A stretch of DNA of 64,000 bases from Candidatus Staskawiczbacteria bacterium (GCA_016196125.1 JACPYG010000015.1:22966-86965), one strand, 5' to 3'. Counted from the first letter of the stretch, positions 7,581-17,314 are shown. Numbers and translations are program-made. Notes: a model not told the origin generated them from the sequence alone.

Positions 7581-8390
7581 TTAATGGTTATGATGATGAG
7601 TGATGACTTTGATATTTTGACCGGAAATATTTAAAAATTCGCTTTGTTTTATAAATTCTTCCGATGAAGTATGGCAAACTAAAATGCGGTCAACGCAAGC
7701 AATGTGCATCGCTTCTTTTATTATTCTATCAATGTCGTGAGTCACAAGAACTAATGTTAAATTTAATTCTTTGTTTAATTTTCTCAACAAATTATAAAAT
7801 TCATTCTGGGCATTTTGGTCAACACCGGTTGTTGGCTCATCTAAAAAAATAATTTCCGGCTGTCCGGCAAGCGCTCGGGCAATAAATATGCGCTGTTGCT
7901 GGCCCGAAGACAGGTCGCCAATTAAGCGGTCTTTATAGCCCCACATATCAACATGTTTTAATGATATTTCTATTATTGCATCATCTTCTTTTGTTGCAAA
8001 ACGAAATAATCCTCTTTTGGCAAATCTTGCCATAGCCACAACTTCTCTAACGGTAGCCGGGAAATTTACATCAAAATTAGTGGCTTTTTGCGGAACATAG
8101 CCGACGCGAGACCAATCTTTGAATTTCTTAACATCCTGGCCAAATAACTTTATCGAGCCATGGGATGGATTTAAAAGTCCGAGTATGATTTTTAACAAAG
8201 TTGTTTTTCCTGCTCCATTAGGGCCGACAATTCCAAGGTAATCCCCCATGTGTATATTAAGAGTAATGTCTTTTAACACTTCTTCATCGCCATAGTTAAA
8301 AGATACATTATTAACTTCTATAATATTTTTTGAGTGGTCTACCCTGTTAGAAGTTTTGAGATTTTTTTGTATATAAGAATTATTTTCCAT
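7581..8390 (-). CDS. znuC: Zn/Mn ABC transporter ATP-binding protein
   Basis: GPNGAGKTT, GYVPQ, LSSGQQQR, LDEP, His-rich tail. Confidence 0.9.
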   Translation of the reverse strand: MENNSYIQKNLKTSNRVDHSKNIIEVNNVSFNYGDEEVLKDITLNIHMGDYLGIVGPNGAGKTTLLKIILGLLNPSHGSIKLFGQDVKKFKDWSRVGYVPQKATNFDVNFPATVREVVAMARFAKRGLFRFATKEDDAIIEISLKHVDMWGYKDRLIGDLSSGQQQRIFIARALAGQPEIIFLDEPTTGVDQNAQNEFYNLLRKLNKELNLTLVLVTHDIDRIIKEAMHIACVDRILVCHTSSEEFIKQSEFLNISGQNIKVITHHHNH

Positions 8391-8439
8391 AATTATTTAA
8401 TAAAATAACAAATTAGCGAGAGACTTCTAACGGGGCCTA
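8338..8439. mobile_element. CCCCGTTAGA element copy 2, overlapping the 5' end of znuC
   Basis: tcta|ccctgttagaagt...acttctaacgggg|ccta. Confidence 0.65.
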
Positions 8440-8448
8440 CTTTCATTT

Positions 8449-9345
8449 TTATTTACATTTAAGGGCTATTTTCAAATTGTCTAAATTGTTCCTCATTTCT
8501 GTAAAATAACTCTTACCCTGTGATACTTCTTCATTGGTTAAGCCCTCTATTGGATTTAAAACCATTGTTTTTGCTCCCACTTCATTTGCTATGGTATCTG
8601 ATAATTTGGGGCTGACTAAGCTTTCAAAAAATATGTATTTTACGTTATTTTCTTTGGCAAAATTAACAATATTAGCTAACTGCTGAGACGATGGTTCGGC
8701 ATCGGGCGATAATCCTGCAATGGAAACTTGATTGAATCCGTAATCAGCAGCCAAATAGCCAAAAGCAGAGTGAGATGTAATAATATTTTTTTCTTCACAG
8801 TCAGCTAAACCCTGTTTATATTCCACATCTAAATTGTTTAATTCATTTTTAAAAATATCTGCATTTGTTTGATAATAACCTGTATTTTCTGGGTCAATTT
8901 GCGCAAATCCATTAGTAATTTTGTCTACTATTTCTTTGGCTAACTGCGGATTCAGCCAAATGTGAGGGTCCGTGGTATTATTTTCTTCTCCAACTGTTAA
9001 AATAATAGTATTTTTAGAATCTAAGTTTTGTTTTATATTACTCCCCCATGGCTCAAAACCTTCTCCAATTAATACAACCAATTTGCTGTTTTCTATTTGA
9101 GCAATATCTTTTGCAGTTGGCTCATAGTCGTGCGGTTCAGCGCCGGCAGGAGTAATATTTATAACATTTGCCTTATCTCCGCCGATTTGCCGGGCAAAAA
9201 AGTATAGCGGATAAAAACTCGCTGACACTTGAATTTTATCTGGCTGAACTTGATAATTATAGATATTATTTAAAATAATAACCAAAAAACCTATAAAAAT
9301 AAATCCAATAATAAAAAAAATAATAATTTTTGATTTTTTATCCAC
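8449..9345 (-). CDS. znuA: Zn/Mn ABC transporter substrate-binding protein (ZnuA/AdcA family)
   Basis: GAEPHDYEP, DPHIWLNP, HSAFGYL. Confidence 0.88.
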   Translation of the reverse strand: MDKKSKIIIFFIIGFIFIGFLVIILNNIYNYQVQPDKIQVSASFYPLYFFARQIGGDKANVINITPAGAEPHDYEPTAKDIAQIENSKLVVLIGEGFEPWGSNIKQNLDSKNTIILTVGEENNTTDPHIWLNPQLAKEIVDKITNGFAQIDPENTGYYQTNADIFKNELNNLDVEYKQGLADCEEKNIITSHSAFGYLAADYGFNQVSIAGLSPDAEPSSQQLANIVNFAKENNVKYIFFESLVSPKLSDTIANEVGAKTMVLNPIEGLTNEEVSQGKSYFTEMRNNLDNLKIALKCK

Positions 9346-9373
9346 TTTTTATATACTAAAAATTAAATTTTAA

Positions 9374-9994
9374 TTATTTTCTATTTACTGATGTCCACAA
9401 GTCATTCCACCAGTCGGAAGGATTTACATCATAAATGGCTTTGCCAAGTCTTTTGCTAATATCAGTTTTAAGTTTTTTTAATTGGGCATTTCCTCTATCT
9501 TTTCCCTTTCCATGAAGCCAAACATGGGCTTCTCTATTACCAGCCCATTCGTATTCTTTTAACAAAAGTATCTGGTCTATTAAATCAGCTTCTTTTACTA
9601 AAATCGCTTCTTTGCTTTTTCTTTCTTCGTATTCAGATATTAAATTTTTTAGGTCTTCGTACGGTAGAGTTCCCAATTGCTCTTGGATAATTTCATCGCT
9701 AAATATTTTAACGTACCTTTTGTGTATCCAATTATGGTCATTTGTTCTTACCTCTCCCATGTCGTGCAAAAGACTCATCATTACAGTTTTATAAGGGTCA
9801 ACTCTCTCTTCCTTTGCCAAAAACCAGCTTATTATTGCCACTCGGTAAGAATGAGATGCAATCGAGTCTGACATATCATCGGTCAAAAGAGTCTGCCTGT
9901 GTATGCGCATTAATTTCCGCATAGTTCCCACCTCATAAAGAAAATTAGCTATTCTTTTTTGTTTATTTTCTTTTTTGATATTATTATCTTCCAT
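9374..9994 (-). CDS. HD-domain phosphohydrolase (YfbR/HDDC2-like)
   Basis: SIASHSYR, LLHDMGE, ADLID; start moved to MEDNN. Confidence 0.8.
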   Translation of the reverse strand: MEDNNIKKENKQKRIANFLYEVGTMRKLMRIHRQTLLTDDMSDSIASHSYRVAIISWFLAKEERVDPYKTVMMSLLHDMGEVRTNDHNWIHKRYVKIFSDEIIQEQLGTLPYEDLKNLISEYEERKSKEAILVKEADLIDQILLLKEYEWAGNREAHVWLHGKGKDRGNAQLKKLKTDISKRLGKAIYDVNPSDWWNDLWTSVNRK

Positions 9995-10131
9995 AATTTT
10001 AATTATTGTCTCCCCTAAACAAAATTTGAACTTTTTATCAAACGAACCCCAACTAAGGAAAACCAGCCCGCAAATTGCTACCACTTGCCATCCGAAAAAT
10101 TTCTTAAAAAAAATCTAATCGGAGATTTATA

Positions 10132-11340
10132 TTATTTAAAAATATTTTCTAAGAATATTAAAGTGCGCTCAAAAGCCAAATTCGCAGCTTCTTTGCTGTA
10201 GGCCATATTGGTGCCGCTTCTGTTATTTGCAAATCCGTGGCCGACGTTGGGATATATAAAAATTTCGTGGCTGCCGTTTAAATTTTTTAATTTTGCCTGA
10301 AACTCTTTTACATTGTCAATCACTATTGAAGCATCTTTTTCCCCAAAATGACCCATGATGCTGGTTTTCATATGTTCAAAATCATCATTTGGATCAAATT
10401 GCCCATAATACATTACCGATGCCTTAGTGCCTAAATTATTGAGAGCCATTTGGTATGACCATCCTCCGCCAAAGCACCATCCTACCGAAGCAATTTTTTG
10501 CGGGTCAACATCATCTCTCTTTTTTAGATAATCTAAAGCTGATTTAAGATTCAAAAAGGCCTTTTCAGTATTATCTCTCACGCTCCCAGATAATTCTCTT
10601 GCTTTTGTTTGGTCGTCAGCGCTTTCACCGTTATACAAATCAACCGCCAAAGCAACATATCCATTTGCCGCAAATTGATTTGCGATTTCTTTTATATCAT
10701 TATTTAAGCCCCACCACTCATGAATTAAAATAACTGCGGGGTGATTTTTACCTTGGCCGGGATGGGCAACATACCCCTTTACATCATTGTAATACAAAAC
10801 GCTTTTATTAATTTCTATAAGATTATTGCCAGAAACTTTAAAATACCTCGAAACTCCGACATTTGGATTTGCGGTCATTGGCTCCCCGAGATTTCTATCT
10901 GCGTAGTTGACCACAATCTCTCCATTGTTAAGTTCTGTAGTTTGCGGAGCTATTCTGTCACCCAATAAAATACCATTGGTTCCCTGGTATCCATCACCGG
11001 TTTTGATGCCCGCTACAATGTAATAAAAAGTTCCACTGCCGCCGCCCTCCTGGGTAAGCAAAAATACAATATCTGATATGCCATCATTATTAAGGTCTCC
11101 TTCTGCTTCATTTCCAAAATATTTTGTAATTATCTTAGATGCGGAACCAGGAGCTGACTCTATTTCTGAAAAACCATTAACTAGTGTAACCTGCCTTCCA
11201 TCTATGATATAAGTTGAATCTTTATATCCCTTTTGAAGTCCCTTATTGCCCTGTTTTTCAGTATAAATATAATTATTCAACCAAAAAAAACCACTCGCAA
11301 TAATTATTATTATAACGATATATAGAATTATTTTTTTCAT
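10132..11340 (-). CDS. Membrane-anchored protein with C-terminal dienelactone hydrolase domain
   Basis: IHEWWGL, GWCFGG, HGFAN. Confidence 0.85.
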   Translation of the reverse strand: MKKIILYIVIIIIIASGFFWLNNYIYTEKQGNKGLQKGYKDSTYIIDGRQVTLVNGFSEIESAPGSASKIITKYFGNEAEGDLNNDGISDIVFLLTQEGGGSGTFYYIVAGIKTGDGYQGTNGILLGDRIAPQTTELNNGEIVVNYADRNLGEPMTANPNVGVSRYFKVSGNNLIEINKSVLYYNDVKGYVAHPGQGKNHPAVILIHEWWGLNNDIKEIANQFAANGYVALAVDLYNGESADDQTKARELSGSVRDNTEKAFLNLKSALDYLKKRDDVDPQKIASVGWCFGGGWSYQMALNNLGTKASVMYYGQFDPNDDFEHMKTSIMGHFGEKDASIVIDNVKEFQAKLKNLNGSHEIFIYPNVGHGFANNRSGTNMAYSKEAANLAFERTLIFLENIFK

Positions 11341-11363
11341 ATTATTTATAATTTTACTATCTT

Positions 11364-11702
11364 TTAAAGCGAAAAAGGAGGGTATTTATCAGTTAATCCA
11401 TACATCCAGACGCTAACTCTGTTTTGCCACCTAAGAACTCCAACTATAAAATTAAAGAAATATTTTGGATATTTTCCAGTAAAAACAACTACCCAAAACC
11501 CAAACCAAACCATTATAGAAGATGCAATTCCCAAAAACCAAAACACAATTAAGTGAGGTATAAGCAATATAATTTTAGGAAAAAACCAAAAAATTCCTAA
11601 AAAAGCCAATATACGAGAGCTTTTCTCTGGATATTTTACTTCAAACTTAACTAGATATTCTTCTTCCATATTTTGTTTTTCATTAATATAATTATTTTCC
11701 AT
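11364..11702 (-). CDS. DUF4389-like membrane protein
   Basis: LLIPH...TGKYP...LRW...LTDKYPPF. Confidence 0.8.
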   Translation of the reverse strand: MENNYINEKQNMEEEYLVKFEVKYPEKSSRILAFLGIFWFFPKIILLIPHLIVFWFLGIASSIMVWFGFWVVVFTGKYPKYFFNFIVGVLRWQNRVSVWMYGLTDKYPPFSL

Positions 11703-11728
11703 ATTTAATTTTAATATTGAATATTTAT

Positions 11729-12316
11729 CTAATTAGTTCGGTTTATAAATAATAAAGAATTGATAATATCATTAAATGTTCTTTCTTCTAAACCTGGTGT
11801 ATAGGCAAATGAATAAAAGTAACTGGGACTATTCTGTGTTAGACGAATGTCAAGCGCCTTATGTGTAAAATTTCTCCAATCTGGCTGTCCTGAAAAATTA
11901 GGCACCCCATCTTTCTTTGTAATTTCGTATAAAATGGCTTCGTGTCCTTTTATCATCGTTTTATCTTGCTTGGTAATGTCTACCGTGCTTAAAGTTAAAA
12001 ATTTGCTTGATTTAAAAAAGCTAATATAAACTTGGGATTTTTCAATATTGTTACCACCCCGTAAAACTGGATTATATATATTTATTGCCTTAAGTTGAGA
12101 AACATACTCTGCTTCAAGTTCTTTAGGAATATATGCTGAAAATAAAAATTCTGGGTTAATTTTAGAAAAATCTATTAGTTTTACAACACTATTTGTTTCC
12201 TGAACTTGATCTAGCGACTTAATAGGAATTACTTTATCTTTTAATAAAAAATATCCTACACCACCGATAAATCCAATGACTACCACAAAAAATATAATAA
12301 TGATAAAAAATTTCAT
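11729..12316 (-). CDS. Hypothetical membrane-anchored protein
   Basis: 195-aa ORF with N-terminal TM. Confidence 0.65.
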   Translation of the reverse strand: MKFFIIIIFFVVVIGFIGGVGYFLLKDKVIPIKSLDQVQETNSVVKLIDFSKINPEFLFSAYIPKELEAEYVSQLKAINIYNPVLRGGNNIEKSQVYISFFKSSKFLTLSTVDITKQDKTMIKGHEAILYEITKKDGVPNFSGQPDWRNFTHKALDIRLTQNSPSYFYSFAYTPGLEERTFNDIINSLLFINRTN

Positions 12317-12493
12317 ACTTTAATACTAACAAAAAACTACCATAAAATAAAGGTGGTTTTTGTTCTGGACATGGCGCTCTCTCCTTCGCTAAAGCTATGT
12401 ACGGGCAAAGCAACTGGTATGACCTGACTGGAACTATATGCCGGAAATATCGGCTTTTTGTGACCCTCTCTGGTCACTCGATACTTCCGACCT

Positions 12494-12567
12494 TGGCTGC
12501 GGGACTTGGACTCGAACCAAGATAAACAGATCCAGAATCTGTTGTCCTACCATTAGACGATCCCGCA
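12494..12567 (-). tRNA. tRNA-Gln (CTG), CCA encoded
   Basis: TGCGGGA acceptor, ACAGA-TTCTGGA-TCTGT anticodon arm, GGTTCGAGTCC. Confidence 0.92.
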
Positions 12568-12589
12568 ATGTTTAATTTTTTCGCAATGA

Positions 12590-13504
12590 TTATATTCTTA
12601 AATATTTTCTTACTACAATGAAACTTGCAGCTATTCCCAATCCTATTCCAAAACCAAGCTGTATTAAAATAAAAATCCAGAAGTTAGATAAAAAATAACG
12701 AAATGCATTAAAGCCCGGCAATATCACTCCTATTTTTGAAGATAGAAAATAAGTAGATAGGATAGAAAATATAAAACAAATTATAAAGGCAATCAATCCA
12801 TAAATAGCTCCTTGCGTAATAAATGGACCGCGAATAAACCAATTTGACGCGCCGACTATTCTCATAGTGCTAATTTCATTCTTTGAACTCTCAACAGCGA
12901 GCTTTATTGTGTTAAAAACAACTAATATGGCAACAATAACTAAAATTACTCCCAAAATCAAGCCAAATGCATTGATGTTTGAGGTTATGGCAAAAACCTT
13001 TTCAATTGTATCTTTTTTCTGAGAAAAATCAACCTTGTCAATAAAGGCGCTGTAATCTTCTGTTTGTAAAATATTTGAAATCTGTTCATATTGTAAAGCC
13101 GACCCCGTTGTTGTTATATTCAACGATGGCAAAAATGGATTTTGACCCACCTCTTCCAACGCCTTTGAAAAAACACTATTGTCTTTGTGTTTTTCGGTAA
13201 ATACTTTTAAAGCATCTTCTTTTGAAACATACTCAATTTTTTTAATATCTGGAGACATTTTTAAAATTTCATCCCTGATTTTTAAGATATCTTCTTCTGA
13301 TGCATCCTCTTTGAAATAAGCCGTAATATCAATTTTGTCCTGAACCTGTGAGACCAAATATTTGGTAATTCCCTGAAAAAAGAAAAGACCCGTTGCCAAC
13401 ATAATAGTTATAACCAAAACAAAAACAGCGGCCAGGCTAATTCCTTTGTTTCGCCAAAAATCCGTAAATGCAAACTTAATAATTCTTTTAAAATTGGTTA
13501 ACAT
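12590..13504 (-). CDS. ftsX: Cell division permease FtsX
   Basis: YVSKEDAL, NPFLPS, NTIKL...EISTMRIVGASNWFIRGPF. Confidence 0.9.
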   Translation of the reverse strand: MLTNFKRIIKFAFTDFWRNKGISLAAVFVLVITIMLATGLFFFQGITKYLVSQVQDKIDITAYFKEDASEEDILKIRDEILKMSPDIKKIEYVSKEDALKVFTEKHKDNSVFSKALEEVGQNPFLPSLNITTTGSALQYEQISNILQTEDYSAFIDKVDFSQKKDTIEKVFAITSNINAFGLILGVILVIVAILVVFNTIKLAVESSKNEISTMRIVGASNWFIRGPFITQGAIYGLIAFIICFIFSILSTYFLSSKIGVILPGFNAFRYFLSNFWIFILIQLGFGIGLGIAASFIVVRKYLRI

Positions 13505-13519
13505 ACATTTTTTGCATAA

Positions 13520-14200
13520 TTAAATAATAAAACGGCCTTTTTTTTCATCTCTTACAACTTTTCCGTTTTCTATGGTAATAACCCGTTTCCCTAATTTATT
13601 TATTATTTCTCTGTCGTGAGTTGATAAAATAACTGTTTTACCGGCTTTATTTATTTTTTCTAAAAGAGAAATGACTTCATAAGTATTATAAGGGTCCAGA
13701 TTGCCGGTGGGCTCATCGGCCACAATAACGTCGGGATAATTAACCAAAGCCCTGGCAATTGCCAATCTTTGCTGTTCTCCTCCGGAAAGCTCATTGGGAA
13801 AATTATTAATTTTTTCTGAAAGCCCTATTATATCAAGAATCTTTGGTACTTCCCTGTCTATTTCTTCATTTTCTTTGCCCTCTACCGACAAGATGTAAGC
13901 AACATTTTCGTAAACAGTTTTTCCATAAAAAAGCCTGTAGTCCTGAAAAATGCTCCCTATTTTTCTTCGCATTTCTTGAAGTCTCTGGGCTGACGTTTCA
14001 TTTACATTTATATCCTGGAAATAAACCTCTCCCGATGTTGGAGTTTCGAATCCTAAAAGCAATCTGATTAAAGTTGTTTTGCCTGCTCCGGACTTGCCCA
14101 CAATAGAAACAAATTCTCCCTTTTCTACTTCAAAAGAAACATCTTGTAAAACAATCGTGTTTGGGGAATAAATTTTTGTAACATTTTTGAACCTAATCAT
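13520..14200 (-). CDS. ftsE: Cell division ATP-binding protein FtsE
   Basis: GKSGAGKTT, FQDYRL, LSGGEQQR, ADEPTGNLDP; next to ftsX. Confidence 0.9.
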   Translation of the reverse strand: MIRFKNVTKIYSPNTIVLQDVSFEVEKGEFVSIVGKSGAGKTTLIRLLLGFETPTSGEVYFQDINVNETSAQRLQEMRRKIGSIFQDYRLFYGKTVYENVAYILSVEGKENEEIDREVPKILDIIGLSEKINNFPNELSGGEQQRLAIARALVNYPDVIVADEPTGNLDPYNTYEVISLLEKINKAGKTVILSTHDREIINKLGKRVITIENGKVVRDEKKGRFII

Positions 14201-15300
14201 TTGATTTTATTTCCGCTTGTAAGAATTGGTCTAAATCTCCATTCAAAACCGCATCTGTATTCGAGGTCTCAACTTGAGTTCTTAAATCTTTTACTAATTT
14301 ATACGGGTGCAAAACATAAGACCTAATTTGATTTCCAAAGCCTGCTGAAATTGTATCGCCTTTTATTTCTTTCATCTCTTTTGCGCGCTGCAATTCTCCA
14401 AAGGCATAAAGCTTGGCATACAAAATCTTCATTGCGTTTTCCCTGTTTTTACCTTGTAATCTTTCTGATTGCGATGAAACGGCAATGCCTGTTTTCAAAT
14501 GAGTTATTCTTATTGCCGACTCTCTTTTATTAACATATTGGCCGCCGGGACCAGAAGCCCTAAATGTGTCTATTTTTAAATCATCTGGTTTTATTTCAAT
14601 TTTAACATCTCTTTCTTTAAGCTCCGGTAAAACCTCAACTAAAGCAAAAGAAGTGTGGCGAAGTTTTTGAGCCGAAAAAGGAGAAATTCTTACCAATCTA
14701 TGCACTCCTGTTTCTTTTTTTAAAATACCATAAGCATAACTTCCTTTTATTTCCAATGTTACTGATTTTATTCCTATTCTTCCTTCTGGCCCGCCTGCTT
14801 TTCCAAATGATTGGTGCAAAACAAATACTTCAAAACCTTTTTTAGAACAATATTTTTCATACATTCTCATAAGCATTGTCGCCCAATCTTGCGAATCCTG
14901 CCCACCTGCGCCAGAGGATATTTCTAAAATTGCATTATTTCTATCGTATTTTACGGAAAGAAAAGTTTTTGTTTCCTGTTTTTTAATATCATCTTCTAAT
15001 TGGTTATATTTTTCTTTTAACTCTAATAATATTGTTTCATCTCCTCCTGCTATTTTTTCAAGCTCCTTTATTTCATCTAACTCTTTTTTTATTTTTTCTA
15101 TATTTTCTATCTCTTCTTTTATGGCCGATATTTCCTGCTGTGTCTCCTTGGCATTTTCCGTGTCGCGCCAAAAATCGGGAGCGCTTGTTTTTTTTTCTAA
15201 AACTTTTAATCTTTTTTCTTTTTCTGCAACATCAAAGACGGTCCATCAAAAGATGGAGTTTATTTTCTAATTCTTCAATTTTACTGGTTTTTTCAGCCAT
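14193..15300 (-). CDS. prfB: Peptide chain release factor 2, programmed +1 frameshift after codon 22 (CTT TGA at 15237-15232)
   Basis: 22-codon first frame MAEK...DRL then +1 frame DVAEKEK...PDFW; SPF and GGQ motifs. Confidence 0.93.
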
Positions 15301-15380
15301 ATTATATTATTAATTCAATTTATCATAATTTTTAAAACAAAAAAAGACCCCTGGATAAAAATAAGGTTTTATAGTTTTTG

Positions 15381-15409
15381 AACCAGTGGTCGGATTTGAA
15401 TCGACTACC
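15381..15409 (-). pseudogene. Degenerate tRNA 3' part (T arm + acceptor strand)
   Basis: GTCGA-TTCAAAT-CCGAC-CACTGGT; pairs with GCCAGTG at 15566-15560. Confidence 0.6.
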
Positions 15410-15417
15410 GGATTTTA

Positions 15418-15508
15418 TCCCGTTAGAGCCGGAGGCGAGATTCGAACTCGCGACTTACTCTTTACGAAAGAGTTACTCTGCCTCTGAGTTACTCCGGCTC
15501 TAACGGGG
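15418..15508. mobile_element. CCCCGTTAGA element copy 3 whose whole interior is tRNA-Thr
   Basis: tcccgttaga-[tRNA]-tctaacgggg; no target duplication visible. Confidence 0.65.
15427..15498 (-). tRNA. tRNA-Thr (CGT), CCA not encoded
   Basis: GCCGGAG acceptor, ACTCT-TTCGTAA-AGAGT anticodon arm, GAGTTCGAATCTC. Confidence 0.92.
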
Positions 15509-15513
15509 CAAGT

Positions 15514-15566
15514 GAAAAAGTTGCTCCCTGTCTACCGACAGGCAGGCGCCTATGAGATGCACTGGC
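15514..15566 (-). pseudogene. Degenerate tRNA-Thr-like 5' half with a family A palindrome in its D loop
   Basis: GCCAGTG CA TCTC ATAGGC[palindrome 15527-15546]GAGC A ACTTT TTC versus intact GCCGGAG TA ACTC AGAGGCA GAGT A ACTCT TTC. Confidence 0.55.
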
Positions 15567-15668
15567 ACATAATGACTGCTTCTTTATTCCAATACTATCA
15601 CTGGAAACAGCAAAAATCAATTAGAAAATAATTACCCCACTCCTCAACTAACTATTGTTTTGCGTAAT

Positions 15669-15702
15669 AAAAAAGGGAGATTGAAATTACTTCCAATCTC
15701 CC
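15669..15702 (-). terminator. Intrinsic terminator of MazG-fusion gene
   Basis: gggagattg/caatctccc stem with T-run on minus strand. Confidence 0.75.
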
Positions 15703-15709
15703 AGATGTT

Positions 15710-16444
15710 TCACTTCCAAGAACGCTTCTCGTTCTCTTTTTCTTTTTCGTGAAGTGCATGAAAAAGAGAAACTTGAAGTAAGTTGGCTAAATCCAAAATG
15801 TAAATCAACACATCCGCCAACTCGCCTTCAAGTGCGGGGTATTTATCCTTCTTTTCCTTATCGGTTTTTAACCCAACATACTTGCGAATTGCTTTTGCCA
15901 ATTCGCCGACTTCTTCCATCAGAAGCAGAAGAACATCACGAGGGGTTTCTTTGTCAAAACCCCGCCTTACAACCATCTCGTGAATGTAGTGTTGCAGGAC
16001 AGCTAACGAAGAGCGGTCGTTGATGTTCTCCAATGGAGACATTTTTAACAAGGCACTTTTAACTTGCTTGGGAGTTGCCAATGTCCCGCAGAAAAATTTT
16101 AGAGTGGCATCGGTCATCATTTCTTTGCAAAAAACTGGCTTGCCCAAAGCGATCGCCCATCCAAGTTCCATTTTAGACGAATCTCCTAAATACCCTTCGG
16201 GGTTGTAGAGATAAAGGGCATCTGCCTTTGTGATTGCGTTAAGATGTCCCTGTTCTAACGTCTTTGGGTCTCGTGTTTTATCTGTTTTCAGAATTGCAAA
16301 TTCTTCATCGGGGTTTATCACCTCCGATGCGGTTGGTGAAAGAACTACTACACCGAGCGACTCAAATGCAAGAACTGTCTTACTGATTTGAGGGAAGAAT
16401 CGACAAAAAGAACCAGACACTACGATTGTCAATTTTTTAGCCAT
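15710..16444 (-). CDS. Nucleoside-deoxyribosyltransferase-like N-terminal domain fused to MazG-like NTP pyrophosphohydrolase
   Basis: ADALYLYN...YLGDSSKMELGWAIALGKPV; EEVGELAKA...ELADVL; start MAKK after GAGGTGAGG. Confidence 0.75.
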   Translation of the reverse strand: MAKKLTIVVSGSFCRFFPQISKTVLAFESLGVVVLSPTASEVINPDEEFAILKTDKTRDPKTLEQGHLNAITKADALYLYNPEGYLGDSSKMELGWAIALGKPVFCKEMMTDATLKFFCGTLATPKQVKSALLKMSPLENINDRSSLAVLQHYIHEMVVRRGFDKETPRDVLLLLMEEVGELAKAIRKYVGLKTDKEKKDKYPALEGELADVLIYILDLANLLQVSLFHALHEKEKENEKRSWK

Positions 16445-16589
16445 AACCTCACCTCTTTCTTGGTTGGTTTTTAAGGTGCGTAGAGAATCCAATACCCTAC
16501 CACCAAACAAGATTAAAGTCAATAATAAAAGATTCAATTATTTAATTAACCTTACTTTATATTTTTTACGACAAAAATGCAAGACAAGG

Positions 16590-17183
16590 TCAGATTTTCA
16601 ACTCTCTGATTTCTGCGGTTTCTAAATGAGGAATTTGTCTATGCTGACTTACAGGTTTTTTCGAAAAATGAGTATGTAATATCTGTAAAACATCTCCATG
16701 GGAAACAAGAAGAATTTTTTTATTTTTATATTTTTTCTCCAATTTATTGATTAAAACAAGAGTTCTTTTAAGAACTTTATTAGGGCTTTCAACTCCTTCG
16801 TGTTTATGATTGGCATTTCTTTCGTCGTATTCCCAAACCTTTATTAAGTTGTTCAAAGGAGTCTTATCAAGTTTGCCAAAATATCTTTCTCGCAAATTCT
16901 TATGAAATATGATTTTTTTAACACCAAGTAGTTTTTTAGCAATCTCTGCTGTTTCTTTTGCTCTTAGAAAATCGGAAGAATAAATAATGATACTAGAATC
17001 TAATAATTTACTTTTTTTGTTTTTTAATACAGAATCTTTAACTTGCCTGTTTCCTTTCTGCGATAAACCAAAACTAATAGTTCCATCTTTGGGATGACTT
17101 AATAAAATACCTTTAACATTGGCTTTGCTTTCCCCGTGCCTAATAATAAAATATCTGTTTTTAAGATTTTTTAAACTTTTCAT
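16590..17183 (-). CDS. Histidine phosphatase family protein
   Basis: RHGES, SSDFLRAKETA, LRER, VSHG. Confidence 0.88.
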   Translation of the reverse strand: MKSLKNLKNRYFIIRHGESKANVKGILLSHPKDGTISFGLSQKGNRQVKDSVLKNKKSKLLDSSIIIYSSDFLRAKETAEIAKKLLGVKKIIFHKNLRERYFGKLDKTPLNNLIKVWEYDERNANHKHEGVESPNKVLKRTLVLINKLEKKYKNKKILLVSHGDVLQILHTHFSKKPVSQHRQIPHLETAEIRELKI

Positions 17184-17239
17184 AAATTAATTCTATCAAA
17201 AAGCCGCCAAAAAGGCGACTATCGGTTATAACTGCACTA

Positions 17240-17310
17240 AGCGGACAATGAGAATCGAACTCACGCCCTAACCTTGGGAAGGTTATGTACTGCCATTATA
17301 CTATGCCCGC
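17240..17310 (-). tRNA. tRNA-Gly (CCC)
   Basis: GCGGGCA acceptor, TAACC-TTCCCAA-GGTTA anticodon arm, GAGTTCGATTCTC. Confidence 0.9.
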
Positions 17311-17314
17311 ATTT

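Noticed and set aside
14877..15300. prfB as truncated gene or pseudogene
   Set aside because: Explained by the known programmed +1 frameshift at CTT TGA
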